A stretch of 64,000 nt of DNA from Waterburya sp. (lineage in GTDB: Bacteria > Cyanobacteriota > Cyanobacteriia > Cyanobacteriales > Xenococcaceae): NCBI GenBank assembly GCA_965217895.1, contig CBDCJV010000002.1, positions 416,001 to 480,000 of the forward strand, written 5' to 3'. Of this stretch, positions 51,346-61,193 are shown one piece after another. The notes beneath the pieces were generated by a model, which was not told the origin of the DNA, did no database searches, and saw only the letters and a list, made by a program, of their open reading frames with translations. The position numbers and the translations under genes are program-made. Positions within the stretch are counted from its first letter, which is position 1, and the number at the start of each line of letters is the position of its first letter.

Positions 51346-54209
51346 AACCTACTACGGAAAACATCGACCAGTTATTGCTCGAACTTAGTCAAAGAAAAAT
51401 TAAATTGTGGCTAGAAGGCGATCGCCTGCGTTACAAAGCTCCTAAAGATGCTTTGACTCCAGAACTTTTGTCTCAGGTAAAAGAACATAAAGCAAATATC
51501 ATTGCTTTTCTACAATCAGCCGCTGATATCACCAGTACTCAGCTACCAACCATTGTAAAAATTGACCGTGATGCTCAGCTATCTCTTTCTTTTGCTCAAC
51601 AAAGACTTTGGTTTCTCCATCAGTTTGAACCTGAAAGTTCTTCTAACAATATGCCTGTGGTAGTACAAATTACAGGTTTACTAGATATTAATGTTTTAGA
51701 GCGCAGTATTTCTGAAGTAGTCGCTCGTCACGAAGTACTTAGAACCACCTTTCCATCTAAACAAGGAAAACCCCAACTAGTAATTGCTCCTGCTCAACCT
51801 TTTAACTTAGCGTTAATCGATCTGCGAGACTTATCAAAAGATGAGCGAGATGCTAAGGCTTTTCGTCTGGCTACTGAAGAAGCTCATAAACCCTTTGATT
51901 TAGCCAATGAATCAATGTTACGAGTTAAGCTATTTCGTTTACAGGATGACGAACATCTCTTGCTTTGGAATTTACACTGTATCGTCTGTGATGGAGCGTC
52001 TTCTGATGTCTTTTATCAAGACTTGACCGCAATTTATACTGCTTTTGTGGCAGGCAAACCCTCCCCTTTACCAAAACTAACGATTCAGTATGTAGATTTT
52101 GCTCATTGGCAACGTCAATGGTTGCAAGGGGAGGTTCTAGCAGCATCTCAACTTAGCTACTGGAAGCAACAATTAGATAATTTACCTCCTGCTTTAAAAT
52201 TACCGTTTGATCGCCCTCATCCCAAGGGTGTTCTAACCTATAAAGGCGATCGCGCAGCTTTAATGCTGCCCAAAACTCTCAACACCGAGCTAGATCGGCT
52301 TAGTCAAAAACTAGGTGCTACCTTATTTATGACTTTGCTAACGGTATTTGAGATTTTACTCTACCGCTATTGCCAACAAGAAGATATCTTGCTCAGTTTT
52401 GCTAGTGCTGGCAGGGGACAAGTAGAAACTGAGCGACTAATTGGTTTTTTCTCCAATACTCTGATGCTTCGTACTAATTTGACAGACAAGCTCACTTTTA
52501 AAGAAGCATTGGCAAGAGTCCGTCAAGCTTCCTTAGAAGCGATCGCCCATCAAGATCTCCCTTTTGAAAGGCTAGTTGAGGAACTTCGACCCAATACTAG
52601 ACAAGAGCGATCGCCTTTATTTCAGATAAAGTTTGCCTTAAATCCTCCTTGGTCTGAAGGTAGAGGTATGGCATCTGTAAAACTGCCAGATGTAACTTTT
52701 ACCTCTTTATTCGGCTATATCTATCACGGCAAAACCAAATACGATCTTACTTTGGTCATGCGAGAACAAGATGAAGGTTTGGGCATGGTTTTTGACTATA
52801 ATGCCGATATTTTCAATGCCAGCACTATCGAAAAAATGTTGGAGCATTTCCACAATCTACTTAAAGGCGTAGTTAACGATCCAGATTGTTGTCTTCAAGA
52901 TTTGCCAATGCTTGCTTTAGGAGAAGAATTGCCTCAAAGCTGCCTTGATTTCTTTGAGCCAGAGGATATGGAGATTCAGACCTCAACTCAAACAAGTTCC
53001 GAGATTTTGGACAATATCGAATCCAAATTGAGGAGAATTTGGCAAGATGTTTTAGGAATTGATCTGATCGGCATTCGAGATAACTTTTTTGAATTGGGAG
53101 GCAACTCTTTATTAGCTGTAAAAACCTTTGCCCAGATTGAAGAAAAAATCGGTAAAGTTTTGCCTCTATCAATCTTACTCAAAGCTCCTACTATTCAAGA
53201 GCTTGCCACTGTTATACGACAAGAAAAAATATCTCAAGACTGGTTGCCTCTAGTCGAAATCCAGCCCCAAGGTTCTAAACCGCCTTTATTCTGCATTCAT
53301 GGAGGTGGTTTTAATGTGTTGGTTTATCGCGATTTAGCTATTAAACTTGGTTCAGATTATCCAGTCTATGGCTTACAGGCTAGAGGACTTAAAAGCGATC
53401 GAGCTTGGCTAGATCAAATTGAGACAATTGCCCAAGACTATATTCGAGAGATTCAAAAGGTTCAACCTGAAGGTCCTTATTTTTTGGCAGGACTATCCAA
53501 TGGAGGCAATATTGCTCTAGAAATGGCTCAACAACTTAAAGATAAAGGATATCAAGTAGGTCTACTAGCCATGTTTGATAGTCAAGGTCCAGAAGGAATC
53601 GAGCTGCTACCTCTGACTCCTCGATTTTTATCTTCGCTTTATTACCTGCTGCGATATAGCAGTTTTCGTTGGCTGCTCAAAACAGTGCGATCGGATTTTT
53701 CTTTATTAAAAACAATTAAACAAAAAGCAGAAAAAATAACCAACTCAAATCCGACTAATTCAGTTGAAAAAGTTTCATCTGCCCAAAAATCTAAAGCTTT
53801 AACTACCAAATTTTCAGAACCCAAAAATAATTTCCTAGTAGACTGGATGAACAAATTTAGTGCATACGTTTTAGAGCGATCGCCCTGGGCGTTTTTTAGT
53901 CCTTCTGCTCAATTAAAAAATAGCTCGGATTCAATCTCCCAAAATTTAATAGCGTTAGAAAAATTTTATCAACAAGTCCATCAAAGCTATCAACCTAAGC
54001 CCTACTCTGGAAAGATAGTGCTGTTTATGGCGCAAGAATGCCCTCCAGGTTACCGACGAGATGCCCAATTAGGCTGGGGTAAAATTGCTCGCGAAGGAGT
54101 TGAAAATTACCAAATTCCAGGACATCATCTTTCTTTGATGCAGTCACCTGTTTTAGCAAACAGAATGAGAGACTGTATAGATAGCATCACTGTAGCTGAA
54201 ACCAGATAA
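51342..54209 (+). CDS. NRPS termination protein: TubC_N docking-C(atypical)-T-TE, no A domain
   Basis: KIKLWLEGDRLRYKAPKDAL; LSFAQQRLWFL...HCIVCDG; FFELGGNSL; TE FCIHGGG, GLSNG and IPGHH. Confidence 0.9.
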   Translation: MKPTTENIDQLLLELSQRKIKLWLEGDRLRYKAPKDALTPELLSQVKEHKANIIAFLQSAADITSTQLPTIVKIDRDAQLSLSFAQQRLWFLHQFEPESSSNNMPVVVQITGLLDINVLERSISEVVARHEVLRTTFPSKQGKPQLVIAPAQPFNLALIDLRDLSKDERDAKAFRLATEEAHKPFDLANESMLRVKLFRLQDDEHLLLWNLHCIVCDGASSDVFYQDLTAIYTAFVAGKPSPLPKLTIQYVDFAHWQRQWLQGEVLAASQLSYWKQQLDNLPPALKLPFDRPHPKGVLTYKGDRAALMLPKTLNTELDRLSQKLGATLFMTLLTVFEILLYRYCQQEDILLSFASAGRGQVETERLIGFFSNTLMLRTNLTDKLTFKEALARVRQASLEAIAHQDLPFERLVEELRPNTRQERSPLFQIKFALNPPWSEGRGMASVKLPDVTFTSLFGYIYHGKTKYDLTLVMREQDEGLGMVFDYNADIFNASTIEKMLEHFHNLLKGVVNDPDCCLQDLPMLALGEELPQSCLDFFEPEDMEIQTSTQTSSEILDNIESKLRRIWQDVLGIDLIGIRDNFFELGGNSLLAVKTFAQIEEKIGKVLPLSILLKAPTIQELATVIRQEKISQDWLPLVEIQPQGSKPPLFCIHGGGFNVLVYRDLAIKLGSDYPVYGLQARGLKSDRAWLDQIETIAQDYIREIQKVQPEGPYFLAGLSNGGNIALEMAQQLKDKGYQVGLLAMFDSQGPEGIELLPLTPRFLSSLYYLLRYSSFRWLLKTVRSDFSLLKTIKQKAEKITNSNPTNSVEKVSSAQKSKALTTKFSEPKNNFLVDWMNKFSAYVLERSPWAFFSPSAQLKNSSDSISQNLIALEKFYQQVHQSYQPKPYSGKIVLFMAQECPPGYRRDAQLGWGKIAREGVENYQIPGHHLSLMQSPVLANRMRDCIDSITVAETR

Positions 54210-54211
54210 TT

Positions 54212-55579
54212 ATGTTTAAAAATCAACAAAGTTATAAGTTTAGCTTTTTCTTGATACCTTTTGCTTTGATTTTGTTGTATTTGGGCTGGAAAAAATGGCT
54301 AGTAACTGTTCCCAAACCACTACCCGAACAAACTGCTTTGGCGATAAAAAGCAGTCTCAATGGAGGTTCTTATTACGAAATATCTACCTCTGCGGCCAAA
54401 AAAGAAAGCTATTTATCGGCAGATTACCGAATTTGGATTCCCGATGGAGTTAAAAAAATTCGAGGTCTGATCGTCAAACAGCATGGATGCGGTGATGATG
54501 CTGCTGCTACGGGACTAAATCATGCTAACGATCTTCAATGGCAAGCCTTGGCATTGAAACATCAGTTTGCACTTATGGGTACTAGACTGCCGACCGATTA
54601 TCCTACGTGTACGGACAAAGCTATTGCTAACCGAGCTGCTGAAGGTTCTTTTTTAAAAGCGATTAGCATATTAGCACAAAAAAGCGATCGCCAGGAGCTA
54701 AACACAGTGCCTTGGGTAATGTGGGGACATTCTGGTGGAGCAGATTGGGGAACTCAAATGCTCAGACACTACCCCGAACGAACTATTGCTGTAATTAATG
54801 TGCGGTGTGGGGGAATTTCATTAACCTCAGGAAATTCAGAAATACTAAACCTAGATTCAAATTCACAATCAACTTCCCCTTTACTCAAAGTCCCAGTTTT
54901 CTGGTTTATAGGAGATAAAGACCCCTTTGAAAAAGAGTGTAAAAAATTACCCCAGAAAATTTTTTACAAGTTTAGAAAAGCAAACGCACTATGGGCATTG
55001 GCAGTACAGCCCAATGCTGCTCATGAGACTGGGGACAGCAGACTATTGGCTATTCCTTATGTAGATAAGATTATAAGCGCGCGAGTTACAAAAGACAGTA
55101 ACCAACTGCTCCCAATCGATAAAACTCAAGAATGGTTTGGCGATCCTACTACTCATGAAATTGCTCCCATCAACAAGTTTGAGGGCAATCCGCTAAAAGC
55201 AGCTTGGCTTCCTAACGAAGAAACGGCTCGTAAATGGCAAGAATACGTGACTACTGGCAAAATTTCTCCAACTAGCAAACCTAATGTACCAACTAATGTA
55301 ACTGTTACTAGTATTAGTGCTACAGAAAAGGTAATTAAGTGGAATTTTACTCCCGATTTAGAAAATGGCCTGCCATCTTTTCGTATCTATCGCCATAATT
55401 CGCTCATTCAAACTCTCGAAGGACAAAAGCATAATTTTGGCGATGCTCCAGAACCTGCAAATGTTACCTTAGAATTTCGAGATCCAAAAGCTGCTCCAGA
55501 TTCTACTTATACTGTGGCAGCTTTTAATCAATTGGGAGAAAGCGTTTCTGCACCAGCAACATACACCAAAAAACCATAA
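54212..55579 (+). CDS. Membrane-anchored/exported alpha/beta hydrolase with FN3-like C-terminus
   Basis: N-terminal TM; WGHSGG nucleophile elbow, GDKD, AAHE; C-terminal PTNVTV...YTVAAFNQLGES. Confidence 0.7.
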   Translation: MFKNQQSYKFSFFLIPFALILLYLGWKKWLVTVPKPLPEQTALAIKSSLNGGSYYEISTSAAKKESYLSADYRIWIPDGVKKIRGLIVKQHGCGDDAAATGLNHANDLQWQALALKHQFALMGTRLPTDYPTCTDKAIANRAAEGSFLKAISILAQKSDRQELNTVPWVMWGHSGGADWGTQMLRHYPERTIAVINVRCGGISLTSGNSEILNLDSNSQSTSPLLKVPVFWFIGDKDPFEKECKKLPQKIFYKFRKANALWALAVQPNAAHETGDSRLLAIPYVDKIISARVTKDSNQLLPIDKTQEWFGDPTTHEIAPINKFEGNPLKAAWLPNEETARKWQEYVTTGKISPTSKPNVPTNVTVTSISATEKVIKWNFTPDLENGLPSFRIYRHNSLIQTLEGQKHNFGDAPEPANVTLEFRDPKAAPDSTYTVAAFNQLGESVSAPATYTKKP

Positions 55580-55667
55580 TTATTGGAGGTTGATGTTTGC
55601 TATAAAATATCTTTATCAAGCCAGATTTATTGAACGCGATCAACAAAAAAATTATTTTATTTAATCA

Positions 55668-57470
55668 ATGCAATATATACGTAGATTTTTATATTTAAAT
55701 AAAGGCAAAGAAAAAAGCCTTTTCTTGATGACTTTGCTATTTTTGTTGATTTCATCCTTGGAAATGCTGGGAACTGGATTGATTGGACCATTTATTAATT
55801 TAGCTCTCAATCCAAATTCAATTCAACAAAGTAAATGGCTAAGTTCAGTCTTTGACTGGTTTAATTTTGCTACTAATAGTCAATTTTTGCTCTTGTTTGG
55901 AGCTTTTGTAATAGTTGTCTTTTATTTAAAATCATATTTAAGCTTTAATGCCCAAAAATCTGTTTTTAAATTTGGATTTAATCAACAAGGAGAGCTATCT
56001 TCTAAATTAATGCGTGCTTATTTGGCAGCTCCTTATACCTTTCACCTGAATAGAAACAGTGCCGATTTAATCCAAAATATTGTTAACGAAACAGAACGAT
56101 TTAGCAATGGGTTTATGATGCCATTGCTAACTTGTTTTTCTAATATTATAGTTATTGTCGCCCTGGTTTCGTTACTAATAGCAACAGATATAATGGCTGT
56201 AGTAATTATTGCAGGAATTGCCATAATTTCTGTGGCATTATTTTATAGTTTTAAAGATAAAATTGGTCGTTGGGGAGAAGAAGGTTCTGAATCTCGCACC
56301 GAAATGATTCGTCTTATTAATCACAGTTTAGGAGGATTGAAAGAAACTAAAGTTATCGGTTGCGAATCTTATTTTGAAAAGAAAATGCAGGTTCAAATTA
56401 CAAAATTTGCCACAAGTATTAGTTCTGCATTGATTTTTTCTAATTTACCTCGTTATGTGGTGGAAGCCTTTTTAATTACTTTTTTAATTGGTTTTACTTT
56501 ATTATTTATCACAATTAATCGCGGAAATACCCAAAATTTAAGCTCAGTATTGGGTATTTTTGCTCTGGCTTCGATTCGTCTACTGCCAGCAGCAGGAAAT
56601 TTAATTTCTGCTATCAACGGTCTTAAATATCATGCTTATACGGTCGATAAACTTTATTTAGATTTACAAGAAGTTAAAACGGTATCTCCACTAAACAATT
56701 TGAAATCTCAATCTAATCAGATTAAAGTCTTAACTAAAAAAAACGGCGATCGCTTGACAATACCTTTTGACGATCGCATTACTTTAGAGAAGATTAGTTA
56801 TACATATCCCAATGCTGATAAAAGTTCTCTTCAAGAAATTTCTTTGGCAATCGAAAAAGGCAAGTCGATTGGTTTAATTGGTAAATCTGGGGCAGGTAAA
56901 ACAACTTTAGTTGATGTAATTCTCGGACTTTTGACACCTCAACAAGGAAACATCAAAGTTGATGGTGTTTCTATATACAATGACATAAGTTCCTGGCGCA
57001 ATTTAATTGGCTATGTTCCCCAATCAATTTTCTTAACAGATGATACTTTAGAAAGAAATATCGCTTTTGGTGTTGATGACGAATCGATCGATTTTGCCAG
57101 ATTAGACAAAGCGATCGCCGCAGCCCAGCTAAACGAACTGGTCGAAAGCCTACCCCAAGGGCTACAAACTATGGTTGGCGAACGCGGTGTGATGATATCT
57201 GGAGGACAACGCCAGCGAGTTGGTATTGCCCGCGCCCTTTATCACGAACGAGAAGTTTTAGTGTTTGATGAAGCGACAGCAGCATTAGATAACGAAACGG
57301 AAAGTCTTGTTACCGAAGCAATCAAATCTTTAAGTGGTAAAAAAACGATGATTATTATTGCTCACCGTTTATCAACGCTGAAGCATTGCGATCGTATTTA
57401 TATGCTCGAACAAGGACAAATTGTTAAGTCGGGTAGCTATCAAAAGATAGTATTGGGAATCCAAAAATAA
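55668..57470 (+). CDS. ABC exporter, fused TMD-NBD (HepA/PglK-like)
   Basis: GKSGAGKT, ISGGQRQR, VFDEAT and IAHRLST motifs; long extracellular loop after TM1. Confidence 0.88.
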   Translation: MQYIRRFLYLNKGKEKSLFLMTLLFLLISSLEMLGTGLIGPFINLALNPNSIQQSKWLSSVFDWFNFATNSQFLLLFGAFVIVVFYLKSYLSFNAQKSVFKFGFNQQGELSSKLMRAYLAAPYTFHLNRNSADLIQNIVNETERFSNGFMMPLLTCFSNIIVIVALVSLLIATDIMAVVIIAGIAIISVALFYSFKDKIGRWGEEGSESRTEMIRLINHSLGGLKETKVIGCESYFEKKMQVQITKFATSISSALIFSNLPRYVVEAFLITFLIGFTLLFITINRGNTQNLSSVLGIFALASIRLLPAAGNLISAINGLKYHAYTVDKLYLDLQEVKTVSPLNNLKSQSNQIKVLTKKNGDRLTIPFDDRITLEKISYTYPNADKSSLQEISLAIEKGKSIGLIGKSGAGKTTLVDVILGLLTPQQGNIKVDGVSIYNDISSWRNLIGYVPQSIFLTDDTLERNIAFGVDDESIDFARLDKAIAAAQLNELVESLPQGLQTMVGERGVMISGGQRQRVGIARALYHEREVLVFDEATAALDNETESLVTEAIKSLSGKKTMIIIAHRLSTLKHCDRIYMLEQGQIVKSGSYQKIVLGIQK

Positions 57471-57485
57471 CCATCATTACTTTAA

Positions 57486-58403
57486 ATGCTTCAAACTCCT
57501 GTAGTTTTAATCATCTTTAATCGACCCAAAAATACTCAAAAAGTATGGGAAATAATTCGTCAAGTAAAACCAGCAAAATTACTGGTAATTGCTGATGGAT
57601 CTCGTGCAGATCGCGCCGACGACATAGAAAAATGTGCTGCCACTCGTGCCGTCATTGACCTAGTTGATTGGGATTGTGAAGTCCTGAAAAATTATTCGGA
57701 TGTTAATTTGGGATGTGGATTGCGAATATCTTCAGGGCTTGATTGGGTGTTTGAACAAGTGGAGTCAGCAATTATTTTGGAAGATGATTGTTTGCCTCAC
57801 CCTGATTTTTTTTCTTTTTGCCAAGAATTGCTGACAAAATACAGAGATGATTTAAGAATCATGCACATTTCAGGTAACTATCTTTTACATAAATATAATA
57901 AGTCTCCACCCAAATACAGTTATTATTTTTCACGCTATCCTCTGATTTGGGGTTGGGCTACATGGCGTAGAGCTTGGCAGCACTATGACTTTAGCATGAG
58001 TTGTTTACCAGAAATTTTAGATGATGGTTGGTTTGATAGTTTTCTAAATAGAAGAGAAAAATATGTTTGGACAAGAAATTTTGTAGGTTGTTACCAACAA
58101 GCTTATACATGGGACTATCAATGGTTTTTTTCCTGCTGGATTCAAAGCGGGCTGGCAATTATGCCTAATGTAAATTTGGTTTCCAATATCGGTTTTGCTG
58201 CTGATGCTACCCATACTCAGGATTTAAAATCACCGTGGGCTAATTTGCCTAGCGAAGCTATGAGTTTTCCTTTAGAACATCCACCTTTTACCATTCGAGA
58301 TGCGGAGGCGGATCGATATCTGCAAAATAATCTCTTCGATTTTAGTAAATTGGAAATATTGAAAACCAAACTACAAAAAATTCTTAACTCTAAAAATATT
58401 TAA
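57486..58403 (+). CDS. GT-A fold glycosyltransferase (GT2-like)
   Basis: IIFNRP, IILEDDC, IWGWATWRRAW and NLVSNIGF motifs. Confidence 0.8.
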   Translation: MLQTPVVLIIFNRPKNTQKVWEIIRQVKPAKLLVIADGSRADRADDIEKCAATRAVIDLVDWDCEVLKNYSDVNLGCGLRISSGLDWVFEQVESAIILEDDCLPHPDFFSFCQELLTKYRDDLRIMHISGNYLLHKYNKSPPKYSYYFSRYPLIWGWATWRRAWQHYDFSMSCLPEILDDGWFDSFLNRREKYVWTRNFVGCYQQAYTWDYQWFFSCWIQSGLAIMPNVNLVSNIGFAADATHTQDLKSPWANLPSEAMSFPLEHPPFTIRDAEADRYLQNNLFDFSKLEILKTKLQKILNSKNI

Positions 58404-58415
58404 ATAATTAGTTTT

Positions 58416-59669
58416 ATGAAAGTCTTACATTTAAGTGCTTTCGATCTGGCTGGTGGGGCTGCACGAGCAGCTTATCGAATTCATCAGGGTATGCTTAATA
58501 TGGGCATCGATTCACAATTGTTAGTTCAACACCAACAAAGTAACGATCGCACCGTTGCCACTGCTGAACCTAAAGTATATGCCAAATTGCGATCGCTGGC
58601 AGATTCTATTCCCATTAATTTTTATCCCCATCGCCAACAAATGTTCTCGCCCCAGTGGTGTCCCGATGCTTTACCTAAAAGCGTCGCTCGATTTGCGCCC
58701 GATATTATCAATTTTAATTGGGTTTGTAACGGTTTTGTCCCCGTAGAAGCTCTATTGAAGTTCAAACAGCCTTTGGTCTGGACGCTACAGGATATGTGGG
58801 CGTTTACAGGAGGATGTCACTACACCCTAGGCTGCGATCGCTATCAAGACTGTTGCGGTAATTGTCCACAACTCCAAAGCGATCGCGATCGCGATTTATC
58901 TCGTTGGGTATGGCAGCGCAAACACAAAGCTTGGCAAAATCTTAACCTTACTATTGTGACTCCTAGTTCTTGGATGGCTAAATGCGCTCGTTCTTCTTCT
59001 TTATTTAGAGAATTGGCGATCGAGATTATTCCCTTTGGCTTGGATATAGCTAAATTTGCTCCCTATGACTCACAACAAGCCAGAAAAGAATTAAATTTAC
59101 CTCAAAAGAAACAGCTAGTTCTTTTTGGTGCTATTGATGCTACAGGAGATACTCGCAAAGGTTCTCACCTGCTTCAGCAAGCTCTAAAACAACTGAGTCA
59201 GTCCTCACGACAAGAACAGATTGAACTGGTTATTTTTGGGGCTTCTCAACCAGAAAAACCGCTAGATTTTGGTTTCCCAGTCCATTACTTAGGACATTTA
59301 GACGATGCTCAGCTTAGGTTAGCTTATTCAGCAGCCGATGTGATGGTAGCCCCTTCTTTACAAGAAGCCTTTGGACAAACCGCCTCCGAGTCTTTGGCTT
59401 GCGGTACTCCTATCGTCGTGTTTGAGCATACTGGGTTGGCAGATATAGTCGATCGCGATCGCAATGGTTATATTGCCGAGTATGGAGATATTGAAGATTT
59501 AGCCAGAGGTATTGCTTGGGTAATTGAAGACAAAGAACGTCATCAACAACTTCGTTACTATGCTCGTAAAAAAGCAGAACAAGAGTATGCCGAATCAGTT
59601 CAAGCATCACGCTACCTGTCTCTTTTTGAGCAGATTGTGGCAAAGCAAAAAGCAACCTCTTTAAGTTAA
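58416..59669 (+). CDS. GT4 glycosyltransferase (WcaC-like)
   Basis: GGAARAAYR, DMWAFTGGCHY and EAFGQTASESLACGTP motifs. Confidence 0.88.
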   Translation: MKVLHLSAFDLAGGAARAAYRIHQGMLNMGIDSQLLVQHQQSNDRTVATAEPKVYAKLRSLADSIPINFYPHRQQMFSPQWCPDALPKSVARFAPDIINFNWVCNGFVPVEALLKFKQPLVWTLQDMWAFTGGCHYTLGCDRYQDCCGNCPQLQSDRDRDLSRWVWQRKHKAWQNLNLTIVTPSSWMAKCARSSSLFRELAIEIIPFGLDIAKFAPYDSQQARKELNLPQKKQLVLFGAIDATGDTRKGSHLLQQALKQLSQSSRQEQIELVIFGASQPEKPLDFGFPVHYLGHLDDAQLRLAYSAADVMVAPSLQEAFGQTASESLACGTPIVVFEHTGLADIVDRDRNGYIAEYGDIEDLARGIAWVIEDKERHQQLRYYARKKAEQEYAESVQASRYLSLFEQIVAKQKATSLS

Positions 59670-59678
59670 GCAGTAAAT

Positions 59679-60926
59679 ATGGAAATACAAACTCTTCAAA
59701 CAAACAAGAGTGATCGTCGATTAATGCTGTTCGATCTTGCTCTGGGTGGTCATCATGGCAACTATATCAGGTATCTAGTTGACTATTGGTGCGAACAAAA
59801 TTTATCTGGAAGTTTGGATATTGTTGTACTACCACAATTTTTAGACGTTCATGGCGACGTAGTAGAAACTATTGCTCAATCTAATCATCCAAAAATCAAA
59901 TTAATCCCTATCACTGAGGTAGAAGTAGAAACTTTAAATTCTCGGAAAACAGGATTGAGTCGAGTTGTTCGCAATTTTCAAGAGTGGGACTTGTATTGTC
60001 GGTATGCCAGTCTATTACAAGCGACTCAAAGTCTAATCATGTACTTAGATACCTGCGAAATCCCTTTGTTTGTGGGTAAATCTTCACCCTGTCCCTTTTC
60101 GGGAATTTACTTTCGACCAACCTTTCACTATCGTTATTTTCAAGGTTATCAGTGGTCTGGGAAAGAGCAACTACAAAATACTAGAGAAAAATTAACCCTC
60201 TCACGAATTTTGCAGCACTCTAAACTTAAAACGCTTTTTTGTTTAGATCCTTTTGCCATTAAACATATCGAGCAGTTTTCTAGTCGCGCAAAAGTTGTTT
60301 ATCTACCCGATCCAGTAGAAATAGATGGTAATGATAATCCTCATGTTGAAAGTATTCAAACAAATTTAGGGATTGAACCTCATAGACAAGTATTTTTGCT
60401 CTTTGGGGCTTTGGACGGGCGTAAGGGCATTTATCAACTATTAGATGCTGTAGCTCTTTTACCCGACGAACTCTGTCAAAAATTATGTTTATTGCTAGTA
60501 GGAGGTACTAATTCTGTCGAACAAAGCCAAATTGAAGCTCAAGTAAAGACTATTTGTCAACATAAACCAGTGCAAATAATTCAACGTTATCAATTTATTC
60601 CTGAAGCAGATGTGACAGCTTATTTTCAACTGGCAGATTTGGTACTTGCTCCTTATCAAAAACACGCAGGCATGAGCGGTATTTTGTTACTTGCTGCTGC
60701 TGCGGGCAAACCCGTCTTAAGTTCTAATTATGGACTAATGGGAGAAATGGTAAGAAGCTATAAACTTGGTTATGCGATCGATTCCACCATATCAAATGAG
60801 ATTGCTAAAGGACTAACTCACTGTTTGTTGTCTTATGATAGCTTAGGCGATCGCGTAAAAATGAAGGAATTTTGTCAACAGCACTCAGTAAAACATTACA
60901 CCCGTCTAATTTTTGATCTTGTTTAA
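59679..60926 (+). CDS. GT4-like glycosyltransferase
   Basis: GGHH, FGALDGRKG and PYQKHAGMSGILLLAAAAGKPV motifs. Confidence 0.82.
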   Translation: MEIQTLQTNKSDRRLMLFDLALGGHHGNYIRYLVDYWCEQNLSGSLDIVVLPQFLDVHGDVVETIAQSNHPKIKLIPITEVEVETLNSRKTGLSRVVRNFQEWDLYCRYASLLQATQSLIMYLDTCEIPLFVGKSSPCPFSGIYFRPTFHYRYFQGYQWSGKEQLQNTREKLTLSRILQHSKLKTLFCLDPFAIKHIEQFSSRAKVVYLPDPVEIDGNDNPHVESIQTNLGIEPHRQVFLLFGALDGRKGIYQLLDAVALLPDELCQKLCLLLVGGTNSVEQSQIEAQVKTICQHKPVQIIQRYQFIPEADVTAYFQLADLVLAPYQKHAGMSGILLLAAAAGKPVLSSNYGLMGEMVRSYKLGYAIDSTISNEIAKGLTHCLLSYDSLGDRVKMKEFCQQHSVKHYTRLIFDLV

Positions 60927-61193
60927 AATCATGAAAGATAAAAAATAATCTTTCTCATAAGACCATTAAGTATTTTATAGTATTATTTTATGTGTCACTT
61001 AATGTAATATGTTTATTAAACTTGGTATTGTGTAAATAGTCCAAACTCTTATTTTTTCTAATTTAAAGTAAATATACTAAAAATTAAAGCCATGTTTAAA
61101 AACTATTAATACGCTAGCTATATTTCGCTCAAATAAAATATATGAACATTTATCAAGCAAAATTTACCCCAACTTATTTTAAGAAATATATTA

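Noticed and set aside
39298..54209. Microcystin/nodularin-type toxin cluster (McyG-like A-T-KS-AT start, McyE-like aminotransferase)
   Set aside because: No MT, KR or DH domains, only two A domains, no other mcy-like genes, and the context is glycan biosynthesis.
58879..58892. Tandem GCGATCGCGATCGC
   Set aside because: Two overlapping HIP1 sites in coding sequence, expected in a HIP1-rich genome.
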